In this document: positions 48,704 to 57,568 of the stretch, in pieces
How the letters are laid out: every line of letters begins with the position of its first letter
Numbering within the stretch: the first letter of the stretch is position 1
Assembly (NCBI GenBank): GCA_963716175.1
Contig: OY970296.1
Location: 2,848,001-2,912,000, forward strand
Length of the DNA stretch: 64,000 nt
Reading direction: 5' to 3'
From: an uncultured Armatimonadetes bacterium
Lineage (GTDB): Bacteria; Armatimonadota; Hebobacteria; Hebobacterales; Hebobacteraceae
Made by a program: the position numbers and the translations under genes
The notes under the pieces: generated by a model
Seen by the model: only the letters and a program-made list of their open reading frames with translations
Database searches by the model: none
What the model was told of the DNA's origin: nothing

Positions 48704-48884
48704 CGTCCCCCTAGGCCTGCCCGGCCCAGGACCCTGCAGCCCATAGCAGTCGAGCCGCAGGGCCTGGCGGGGGCGGGGACTGGCAGAGGCAAGAAGAGTT
48801 GGGCCACAGCTTCTCGAGCAGGACAGGGGTTCCAGCTGTGGTTCGGTCCCCGCCCTCCCTTCCTGTGGCGGCACAAAGAGAGCG

Positions 48885-49193
48885 GTGACAAGGATGGTTA
48901 TCTGCAGCCGCTGCGGCAAGGCCCTTCCCAAAGTCCCCTGCTATCCTGGCGGGGCCGTTAAAGAGCGCGGCCAGTTCCAGTGCTGGCAGTGCTTCTTCGC
49001 GGGCAAGAACCTGACCCCGCCCAGGCCCTATGTCGCCTCTCCTTTCGCTCATTGCCTCGAGCGTGTTGGCGAGCTGGAGGCTTGGCTCTGGGTTGCGGCC
49101 TTGGAGACAGCGGGGGAGGAGCGAGAAGGGACAGTGGTGGCCGAGGCAGCCGGAGGGCCGCTGGAGAGAAGCCGCCAGAAAGTGGCGGCATGA
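48885..49193 (+). CDS. Small Zn-ribbon-like hypothetical protein
   Basis: CSRC and CWQC pairs. Confidence 0.4.
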   Translation: MTRMVICSRCGKALPKVPCYPGGAVKERGQFQCWQCFFAGKNLTPPRPYVASPFAHCLERVGELEAWLWVAALETAGEEREGTVVAEAAGGPLERSRQKVAA

Positions 49194-49375
49194 GCCCGGC
49201 CGGCAGGAACGGCTGTGTGTCACGGCCACGAGGCCGACCAAAGACCCAGAGAGCGACAGTTAGACCGGAGGGGCGGCCTCAACACGTCTCAGACGTAGGT
49301 GAGAAGTGCCAGACCCTGGCGTCGCAGGGGCAGAGGGCGCTTGATCGGAGCACTGCGATCCCGGGGAGGTGGGAG

Positions 49376-49912
49376 ATGCGGAAGCTGCGGTGGAGTCGGC
49401 TGGGTCCCGGGTTGGCGCTGGCCGCGGGTGGGGCGGAGCTGCTGTGGTATGCCTGGACAGTGGAACATGTCGGCTGGTGGTGGGTGGCCACCATCGCGCT
49501 GGTGTCCGGCCTGCTGCTGATTCGCGCTGGTATCTACGTTCCTGCTCGCCCCTCCAAGCGTCTGGGCGAACTGCTGCTGGAGAAGGGGTGGACCAGCGAG
49601 GGACAGCTGGGGGAGGCGCTGGCCCGGCAGCATCACACCAAGCAGCGGCTGGGGCAGATCCTGGTGGAGATGGGGGCGATCACCCGCTTCCAGCTGGTGG
49701 AGGCGCTGCAAGAGCAGGCCCGGTACCTGGACAAGCCCAAGCCCTCGCCCGGAGGTATCGGGATCTCATCGGCCCGCGATCTTGCGCGAGGTCGAGAAGC
49801 AGGGCTGGTGGGCCTGATCCCCAAGGTGCTGGCGTGGCTGGAGCAGGGGGAGGAACCCAAGGGCGTGCTCTACTGGCTGCTAGTAGTGCTGAGTGAGACA
49901 TTCTCAGTGTGA
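49376..49912 (+). CDS. Membrane protein with MshEN-type c-di-GMP-binding tandem motif
   Basis: Two TM helices, then RLGELLLEKG...L...L..Q and RLGQILVEMG...L...L..Q. Confidence 0.75.
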   Translation: MRKLRWSRLGPGLALAAGGAELLWYAWTVEHVGWWWVATIALVSGLLLIRAGIYVPARPSKRLGELLLEKGWTSEGQLGEALARQHHTKQRLGQILVEMGAITRFQLVEALQEQARYLDKPKPSPGGIGISSARDLARGREAGLVGLIPKVLAWLEQGEEPKGVLYWLLVVLSETFSV

Positions 49913-50402
49913 GTCAGTGGGCATCCGCTGGCAGGCGGGGGAGGGCTGCCCCTACTATGTCACCCGGGGCTTCAGCCCTGACTTCGTGCGGCAGGAGGGG
50001 TGGCTGTGCGACCGGGATGCGGGTGGGCAGATCCTGCGGCACCCAGACGGCCGGCCCTGCCTCGCTTGCCTGTGCGGGGCGGTGGTGGAGGGGAAGACGG
50101 ATCGGGTGCAGCCCTGCTTCACGGAGGGCGGCAGCTTCTGGACGAATGACATGACAGAGCTGTTGCGCAGCACGCCTCCCCGCGCCGCCGGGATCAGCAT
50201 GCGCAGCCACTGTCACCGGGAAGGCTATGAGTCGGTGGGGCTGGTGCCCCTGCGGGCCCAGGGGCAGAGCTACGGACTGCTGCAGTTGAACAGCCGAACC
50301 CCGGGGCGGTTCACGGCAGGCCAGATGGCTTTCTACGAGGCGCTGGCGGAAGAGGTGGCGGCCGGGGCGGCGGAACGGATCGGGCAGTTGCCGGCAGCGT
50401 GA
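49893..50402 (+). CDS. GAF domain, probably the frameshifted continuation of the upstream ORF
   Basis: CESVGIR, PYY..RGF, C.CGAV, GSFWTN, GYESVGLVPL, GLLQLN. Confidence 0.65.
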   Translation: MRHSQCESVGIRWQAGEGCPYYVTRGFSPDFVRQEGWLCDRDAGGQILRHPDGRPCLACLCGAVVEGKTDRVQPCFTEGGSFWTNDMTELLRSTPPRAAGISMRSHCHREGYESVGLVPLRAQGQSYGLLQLNSRTPGRFTAGQMAFYEALAEEVAAGAAERIGQLPAA

Positions 50403-50643
50403 GGCGGGCGGAGAGGATCCGACTGAGCAGCGCGGTACGCTCTAGTGTTCAAGCTCCGGACTGTACCCCGGTCGCGCCAGGAGAAGGGCGGAGGGGGAAG
50501 GGCAATGCACCTCAACATCTGGGTGTTAGTGCTTGCGGTCCTCTGTGCGCTGCTGGTGGGAGGGGCCGTGGTCTATGTCGCGTGCTGCCTCAGGAAGTAG
50601 CTCGGGTCCGGGAAGATCGGGCCTGGGCGGAGAGGAGAGAGCG

Positions 50644-50937
50644 GTGACGGAGCCAGTGGCAGAGGTGGTCAGGGGGAAGCGGTTTGAGCTGGTAGACGGC
50701 GAAGGAAGAGTGCGGGCCGCCTTGGTGCTTCACGAAGACGGGACCCCTGGACTGGACCTGTGGGATGACAATGGGAATGTGCGCGCTACCTTAGTACTGA
50801 GCAGAGACGGGATACCGCGTTTGAACCTGCTGGGGAAGACGGGGGAGGTCCGGGCTGCTTTGGGATTCGGTACTGACTGGAGGGTAGGGCTTGTGCTCAG
50901 TGACCCGCACGGGCAGGTGCTCTGGTCGGCGCCGTAG
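50644..50937 (+). CDS. Hypothetical protein with D..G.VRA.L repeats
   Basis: Three internal repeats; AGGAG RBS before GTG. Confidence 0.65.
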   Translation: MTEPVAEVVRGKRFELVDGEGRVRAALVLHEDGTPGLDLWDDNGNVRATLVLSRDGIPRLNLLGKTGEVRAALGFGTDWRVGLVLSDPHGQVLWSAP

Positions 50938-51120
50938 GGGCGCTGCGGCGCAAAGGCAGAAGTTCCCAGCAGGTCGCGGCCGCCTGCCACGGTCAGCGAG
51001 CCCCGGGCCGGCTGCGCTGGGCCGCTAAGCCGGATGCTGTCGCCCCAGGGCTTCTGGCCCGTTCTGACGGTGCAGATCAGTTTCGGAAGACTGCCTGCAC
51101 ATCCTTGCGCTCTGACCCCC

Positions 51121-51432
51121 TCAGAGCAACTCCCGCGCCGGGAGGCTGAACACCTTCAGGCCCAGAGTGTGTTGCTGCCGGCTGCTATGCAGCGCCGTCA
51201 GCGTCTCCAGTACGGGCCCGACCTGCACTTGGTGAACGCACGAGTAGATCATGGTGCAGTCCCCTGGCCAGACCGGTGTCCCTTCGTGCCGTCCGGTCTC
51301 TCCGCATCCGGTGACCCCCCGATGGATCGTATAGCGGTCCACGCCCGCGGCCTGGATGCGTCGGAGCACTTCATTGCACGTTCCGCTCTCGCAGATGATG
51401 ATCAGGAACTCCCTGTCTCTATCCTCTGGCAT
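51121..51432 (-). CDS. P-II-like (PG0541-type) protein
   Basis: YT..RGVTG.G..G..EGT.VWPG motif. Confidence 0.7.
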   Translation of the reverse strand: MPEDRDREFLIIICESGTCNEVLRRIQAAGVDRYTIHRGVTGCGETGRHEGTPVWPGDCTMIYSCVHQVQVGPVLETLTALHSSRQQHTLGLKVFSLPARELL

Positions 51433-51668
51433 CTTCTCTCGCCTCCCTGGCGTCGGCGCTGCCGGCCAGCCGCTCTTTCCCAGACTGAAGCGCGAGCCGC
51501 CAAGCAATGTGACGCTCAGCGACCGTACCGTCTGAAGTGTCCAAGAGGCGCTGAGGCCATGCTTCTGGGCCCGCAGCACTCGTCTCGGCGATTCTGCGGC
51601 AGGAACGCGGCCGCTTTCGACTCCGGTTCACAGCATGAAGAGCGACGCGCCCTTCGGCCCCCGCCGGC

Positions 51669-51908
51669 CTAAGCGGGCGGGGGGTTGGCGGGCGCGTAGC
51701 TGCGGCAATAGGTGCTTGCGGATGCGTAGGTCGGGTAGTGAGATTCGCCCGGCGCGATTGGCCGGTTGACGGCTTTGCAGAGCGAGACCCTAACGTCGTA
51801 GTGGGCGCAGTCCGCGCAGCGCCGCAGCACCGTCCGATAGCTGGGGCAGGTGGCAGTCTTCTCGTCCGCGCTCTGCACCTCTTTGCACTTCGGGCAGGTG
51901 ATCCTCAT
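51669..51908 (-). CDS. Small Cys-rich protein
   Basis: CPKC, CADC and further Cys; GAGG RBS. Confidence 0.6.
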   Translation of the reverse strand: MRITCPKCKEVQSADEKTATCPSYRTVLRRCADCAHYDVRVSLCKAVNRPIAPGESHYPTYASASTYCRSYAPANPPPA

Positions 51909-52499
51909 CTGCTCTCACCTCTCTCTCATCGCATGGGCTGGTTACATCGAATCGGCACTGTCATTCTCCCAGGCCTTAAGCAGAGACTCGGTCCTTACCA
52001 TGCCACGCCCGCAGTCCAGGAAGGCGGGTTCCCGCAGCCGAGCGACGAGTGTGCCAGTACCTCGGTATCAAGCCGCCCAGGGGCAACTCGGTTGCTGACG
52101 AGCCTTGGGGGCCGACGGGAGTGCAGAAGGGCGACGCGTCCCTGACCCGGCTGCCGTGCAGGTCTCATGCCACGTCTCCAAGGATAGGCTGGCCTGCTCA
52201 GCGAGGTGACTCAGAGGTTCGATAGAACGACGTGCAAGCGCCCTTAGTGTACCAGAAATAGGCCGTGGCACAAGCGGCATTCCCTGGTGTACGGTCGGCT
52301 TCGATGCCGCAGGAGGGTGAGCCCACGTGCCGCGGTCAAGAACCGCCTAGACCAGCGAAGTGGAACCCAGAACATTGGTTCTGGCTGCATTCTCTCGGCC
52401 GTGTCCGGAAGAATGGCAAACACCACGAGCACTGGACCCTAGCGCTTGCGAGCCGACTCAATTGGGAAAGCGTCGCCACTTGCCGACGTGGGATGGGGA

Positions 52500-55127
52500 T
52501 CAGTCCGTGGCGATCTCGTACCAGAGACTGTGGTAGCCGGGCGAGATGGTGAATGTCAGGCGGCCGTTCGCCAGCGAGGACGCGACCGGCATGATGCGCC
52601 TGCCAGTGGCGTCGAGTGCGTAGACCGATGCGGTGCGCGCTTCAGTTGGCACGGTGATGGTGGCGGTGACAGTCTCAGCCATAGTCGGCCCGCTGGCCCA
52701 TGAGTTCTTTGCGAAGGTGCGGTCAGCGTTCCACTCCAGGCCCTGGTTCTCGACCTCATCCACGACGGTCAGCAGCAGTGACCGTGACTTGGTCATCGCC
52801 TTCGCGTCCATGCTGGCGAGCACGAGGGAGACGAAGTTGCGCTGGGTCAGCTCCATCGCCACAGTCACGCCGTCCAGGTCCACCGACTTGCCGCCGAGGA
52901 AGCCCACGACGGTTTTCGCGCATTGGGAGTCTACGGTGAACAGGGCTTCGGCCGGCTTCTCACTTGACCACTGGAGTGAGGGCGCGCCGGTGCCGCCTCG
53001 CCGCTCGATCTGGATCGGTCCGGCCCCGCTCGCGAAGCGGACGGCGGTGCGGCGGGCGATCATGTCACGGGCGGAAACAGGCGTGCCCTGCGCGGCCTGC
53101 CAGAAGCCGTAGTCCGTGCGCTGGGTGACGACCTCGGCGATCCTGTCTGCGGGAACGACGAGGATTTGCTCAGCAGGGGCTGGAGCAACGCAGCCGCGGA
53201 GGAAGATCTCAGCGGCCGCAGGCAGGAAGGCGAGCTTGCCCGGGTGCGCGGACTGATCGAAGAAGCCGTCGATATGGTCGCGGTCCCATCCCTTCGCCTC
53301 GCCATGGTACGCGAAGAGGAATACTCCGTCCCAGTCCTGCCAGGCGGCGTAGGCGAAGAGCATGGGCACAGCCTCAGAGGCATACTCATTGGGCGCGGGC
53401 TCGTCGTATTCGCTCACGGTGAACGGCATGCCCGCGACGCGATGCATCGCCAGACCTGCGAGCGTGCCGCCGCCCTGATCGCGAACCATCGGCGTGTTCT
53501 CGATGAGGTAGTCCTCGGAGTCCCAGTCCTGGTGCGGGAAGCTGGGGTGCTGCCAGTAGGCGTGCATGTCGATCCAGTCCATGTGTGACTCGCGCCAGAC
53601 GCCGCCGAGTCCGCCGTAGCTGGCCTGAGTGCAGGTGACGGGCGCCTTCGCGCCGAGGGTGCGCTGGATGTAGTCGCGCATGCCCCGGGTGAAATCGCGC
53701 TCGACCTGGATGAGGTAGGTGACGTAGTCCCGGCCCTCCGGGCTCTCGGCGACCACCGGGAGGGAGATGCTGGCACCCTTGAGGGACTCGCCGGGAGCCA
53801 ACTCGACCGCTCCGCCGCCCGGACGCACGGCGACGTCGGCGAGGAAGACGTCGCCGGCCTCGCCGCCGAAGACGAAAGAGAGGCGCGTGTGGTTGGAGAC
53901 AGTGGTTCGGGCGATGAAGCTGAAGCTGCAGCGCTGCCACTGGGGCTTGAGGGCAACGCGTGCGTCGAGGCCGACATTGCGCCACGGATCCTCGTCCAGC
54001 AGCACGCCGACGCTGATGGAGCGCGGGACAACGGAGCGGCCTGCGAAGGAGACAGTGTAGGTTTCGCCGTCCTCTAGGTTCAGACCGAGCTGATGGAACT
54101 GGAGGTGCCAATCGGTGCCGTCCAGCCGCAGCTTCGCCAGTCGCAGAGCGCGGCCGGCCGGCGCGCCGGCGTCCTGCGGGATTGGCTCCAAGGTTGTCTC
54201 AGCGCTTGTTCCCTCGTGCTGCTCGAGCGTCCAACCTTCCGTGCCGCCGACGAATCTCGGATTGCGCAGCAGGTTCGCGCCGAGGGGCTTGGCACGCGCG
54301 TTCCAGGCCGCGAGCATCTTCTCGGTCGTGCCGTACTTGCGGGAGAGGAACTGATTCCAGCCGGCGGCGAGGATGTTGCGATAGTAATCGGGCAGGCCGG
54401 GCACCACGTCGGCCGAGGCGAGGAGGGAGTCTTCGTTGGTGATCTCGATCAGGGCGACGGTCGGCTCATCGGCATACGTCGACTTCGTGTAGGGATTGAG
54501 GTGGGTGAGGAGCTGCTGGGCGTAGAGCTTCTGGCGCTCGATCATACCAGGCACGAAGTAGCCGACGACCTTGCCCATCTCATCGATCTTATCGGTGTCA
54601 CGGAACCCGTCAGCCTGGTTGAAGCCGCGAGAGACGTGCAGGTTCATGTCCACGTAGATCCCGTGGAGCTTGAACTGATAGATGAGGTAGTCGAGGCGGT
54701 CGAGGCTTTGCGGGTCGAGCCGGTCGGTCTTCTTGCCATATGAGCCGCCGGAGATGAAGAACATGTTGGGCTCGGCCCAGGTGGCATCCATGTGGTGCAG
54801 GCGAACGCAGTTGAAGCCGAGCTTATGCATCCTGGCGGCGATCTGCGGCGCGTCCTCTTTCGCGGGGAAGCACGCCCCGGCGGCCAGGTTCGTGCCGACG
54901 AAGCGCACGCGGCGTCCCGTTCCATCGAAGAAGTGGCCGTCCTTGATGACGACGCGACGGCTCTCATCGATGGGGGCGGGGTTCAGCGCAGAGACGTCGA
55001 CAACGGTCTTCGAAGCATCGTTCCAGGGCATGACGAAGGGGAACTGCTTGGGCGCACTGAGTGCCGCCTGAGCCAGAGTCGCGGCCAGCAACAACGCTCC
55101 GGCGGCAATCACCACGGATTTCGTCAT
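52500..55127 (-). CDS. Secreted clan GH-A (GH5-like) glycoside hydrolase with inserted CBM4/9 domain
   Basis: RVRFVGTN, VRLHHMD, EITNEDS (acid/base), HAYWQHP, TVSEY (nucleophile); insert NLLRNPRF...WHLQF. Confidence 0.88.
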   Translation of the reverse strand: MTKSVVIAAGALLLAATLAQAALSAPKQFPFVMPWNDASKTVVDVSALNPAPIDESRRVVIKDGHFFDGTGRRVRFVGTNLAAGACFPAKEDAPQIAARMHKLGFNCVRLHHMDATWAEPNMFFISGGSYGKKTDRLDPQSLDRLDYLIYQFKLHGIYVDMNLHVSRGFNQADGFRDTDKIDEMGKVVGYFVPGMIERQKLYAQQLLTHLNPYTKSTYADEPTVALIEITNEDSLLASADVVPGLPDYYRNILAAGWNQFLSRKYGTTEKMLAAWNARAKPLGANLLRNPRFVGGTEGWTLEQHEGTSAETTLEPIPQDAGAPAGRALRLAKLRLDGTDWHLQFHQLGLNLEDGETYTVSFAGRSVVPRSISVGVLLDEDPWRNVGLDARVALKPQWQRCSFSFIARTTVSNHTRLSFVFGGEAGDVFLADVAVRPGGGAVELAPGESLKGASISLPVVAESPEGRDYVTYLIQVERDFTRGMRDYIQRTLGAKAPVTCTQASYGGLGGVWRESHMDWIDMHAYWQHPSFPHQDWDSEDYLIENTPMVRDQGGGTLAGLAMHRVAGMPFTVSEYDEPAPNEYASEAVPMLFAYAAWQDWDGVFLFAYHGEAKGWDRDHIDGFFDQSAHPGKLAFLPAAAEIFLRGCVAPAPAEQILVVPADRIAEVVTQRTDYGFWQAAQGTPVSARDMIARRTAVRFASGAGPIQIERRGGTGAPSLQWSSEKPAEALFTVDSQCAKTVVGFLGGKSVDLDGVTVAMELTQRNFVSLVLASMDAKAMTKSRSLLLTVVDEVENQGLEWNADRTFAKNSWASGPTMAETVTATITVPTEARTASVYALDATGRRIMPVASSLANGRLTFTISPGYHSLWYEIATD

Positions 55128-55404
55128 CTCCTCCACTCCTGAGACCTCACGGGGACTCTAGCAAACCGATGATGCTTTGAGCGGCCGCCAGCCAAACCGA
55201 CACTGGTTTCGCTCGTCGCGCCGGACATGCCTGCCAGCAATAGCGCTGTTCAAGAGCCTGGCAGATACCAACGCCCGTTTGTGGCGACGAAACGGAAGTT
55301 CTGGGTAACCCCCCATTCCCTTGCTGGGCGCCTTGACAGCGGTCTCATTGGTGGTTGACGAGTACTGGCGGCCTTGCAGGCGCTTAGCATGGATAGGAGG
55401 CGCC

Positions 55405-56541
55405 TCACTTCGCGTTGTTGCGCGGCGCGGGCTGTGCCGCCACGGGTCCGCGGCGTGCGCTGCCCCTGTGACTGCCCGGCCAGCACGAACAGAGGCCCTC
55501 GAGCTTCGGATCGGCGAAGGGCTCGACGCTCGTCACCAGCCAGTCGGATGGGCACCACTTCGCATGTCCGTCGAGGAAACCGATGTTGCTGCCGCCGTCG
55601 TGCCGTGTGAACGTCTTCCGGTAGGCCTCATCTTTCATCACGCGCGGCAGCGCGTCCGCGCTCAGGCCGCACTCCCGCGTGAAGGGGCAATTCACCCAGT
55701 CCGCGAGCGCGCACGTGCTTGCGCTGTCCCTGCTCCCCGGCTCCGCGCCTATCCCGTTGAGCTTGCAGGTGTCGGGGAAGGCCACGGACTCCATACGATC
55801 GATCTCTGTCTGTCTGCTGTCGTCTCCGCAGGTGACGTACCGTGCAGGCTCGGGTACCGAGGCCAGCTTCAGTCCGCGCAGATGGCTGTTGACCGCCAGG
55901 GCCTGCTGGAAGCCGGCCCGATGCTGCTGATGCGGGCTGGGAGGGCCCATCCCCGGCGCTACCGCGGCGCGGCCTTGTGCGAACGAATCCGTTAAATCGC
56001 CGCCCCACCCTGACGGCCAGGCTGTACAGCACGGCCCTGCACCGCCCGTCTGCTGGCAGTTCGCATTCACACGCCCCCACCTGCCCTGGTGATCTTGGTA
56101 GGCGCGCACCCAGTCGCGGTCCGGGCCCAGCGGCAGGATGAAAGAGGCGGGGTTGCGCATCTTCGCGTTGGGACAGTCCCAGACCCTGCGATCCTCCGTG
56201 TACTTGTCGAGCAGCACAGCCGGACGCAGATATGGGTTGGCAGCGAGGAGGTGGGGGCACTCACTAACATCGGCACGCGTCTGGCCGCCCCCCGGGGCGC
56301 GGCTGAAATAGTCGACGGCTCCCGGGCTATGCTCGTCCGGAAAGAGCGCCCCCCAGTCGTGCTGGTACATCGTGATGGCCAGGGCGATAGTCCGCACGTT
56401 GGACAGGCATTGCTCGTCCCCCGCCGTCTGCCTGGCGCGACCGAACACGGGCAGCAGCACGCTCGCCGGCACCCCAATGATCGCGAGCGTGACCAGCAGT
56501 TCAATAAACGTGAACCCAGTGCCTTTCCCAGGCTCGGCCAT
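55405..56541 (-). CDS. Prepilin-type / DUF1559 H-X9-DG protein (paralog of 39942-40994)
   Basis: GFTFIELLV, CLSNVR, GWGG..TDS.AQ, RHDGGSNIGFLDGHA. Confidence 0.88.
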   Translation of the reverse strand: MAEPGKGTGFTFIELLVTLAIIGVPASVLLPVFGRARQTAGDEQCLSNVRTIALAITMYQHDWGALFPDEHSPGAVDYFSRAPGGGQTRADVSECPHLLAANPYLRPAVLLDKYTEDRRVWDCPNAKMRNPASFILPLGPDRDWVRAYQDHQGRWGRVNANCQQTGGAGPCCTAWPSGWGGDLTDSFAQGRAAVAPGMGPPSPHQQHRAGFQQALAVNSHLRGLKLASVPEPARYVTCGDDSRQTEIDRMESVAFPDTCKLNGIGAEPGSRDSASTCALADWVNCPFTRECGLSADALPRVMKDEAYRKTFTRHDGGSNIGFLDGHAKWCPSDWLVTSVEPFADPKLEGLCSCWPGSHRGSARRGPVAAQPAPRNNAK

Positions 56542-56983
56542 CTCTATTCCCCTTTGCTCCGAGGCGTGACGCGAGCGTACCAAGCCGCACCTCAGCCGTC
56601 AACGTGCAGAAGGCCCCTGTCCACCGCAAAAGCCACACCTGGAGCGGATCGGGTGTACTCAGCAGCCTTGTCTCACGAGGAATGCCCACCTTGTCGGGCA
56701 GTGGCTTCGTAAGATTGGGTAGCCACGTGCTCACGTGCGCCACAGGGCGGACGTTGCGCTGGCGCTCGGCTGCGCCAGCGCTCCTCAGAGCGCCGGGGCA
56801 ATGCTCTTCCGGAGGACTGGGGTCTGTTTCCTGCCTATCGGGAGCAATCTTGTGTCGGCTATGAGAGGCGGTAGAGCGCCCGAGGGGAATATGCTCTTTG
56901 CCTGGGGCGCCATCACGCCACTTGCTGCTGGCCATCCCGATTGTACCGGCACATTTCCACGCGCCCACGGCCGGTAGGTAAGC

Positions 56984-57568
56984 TTGCCACGCTACGACAG
57001 GGACGCGGCGCTGGTCGGTAGCTTCCTGCAAGGGGACCTAAGCGCTTTCGACGCGTTAGTGGCGAGGCACCGAGGACACGTGTATGGCGTAGCCTATCGG
57101 ATGACACGGGACAGAGAGGCGGCAGAGGATATCACTGTCGAGGCCTTCTGCGAAGCCTATCGCGGCTTGCCTCGCTTCCGGCCCCAGGCGAGGTTCTCTA
57201 CCTGGCTGCACCGGATCACGGTCAATGTGTGCTTAGAGCATCTCCGCCATGCTCGACGCAAACGACAAGTGGAGGAAGTGGCACTGGAGGATGACCTGCC
57301 CGCACCCACCGATGCGGCCGAGACAGTCATCACCAGAGACTTGGCGTGCCGCATCGTGCGAGCCATTGAGGAACTGCCCCCAGCCCAACAGGAAGCGATC
57401 AGGATGTTCTACTTCGAGCAGCGATCCTGTGCCGAGATCGCGCAAGCGCTCAAGATTCCTCGCAACACCGTGAAGACCCGCCTTTTCTACGGCACAAAGG
57501 CGCTCAGAGATCGTTTCGAGGCAGAGGCGGTTCTCGAATCGGAGGGGGAGCTTCATGTCGAGATGTAA
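56984..57568 (+). CDS. ECF sigma-70 factor
   Basis: AEDI..EAF, FSTWLHRI..N, EIA..L.IP.NTVKTRL. Confidence 0.92.
   Translation: MPRYDRDAALVGSFLQGDLSAFDALVARHRGHVYGVAYRMTRDREAAEDITVEAFCEAYRGLPRFRPQARFSTWLHRITVNVCLEHLRHARRKRQVEEVALEDDLPAPTDAAETVITRDLACRIVRAIEELPPAQQEAIRMFYFEQRSCAEIAQALKIPRNTVKTRLFYGTKALRDRFEAEAVLESEGELHVEM

Noticed and set aside
50403-50480. tRNA-like stretch ending in CCA with GTTCAAG
   Set aside because: Cannot be folded into a cloverleaf with a paired acceptor stem.
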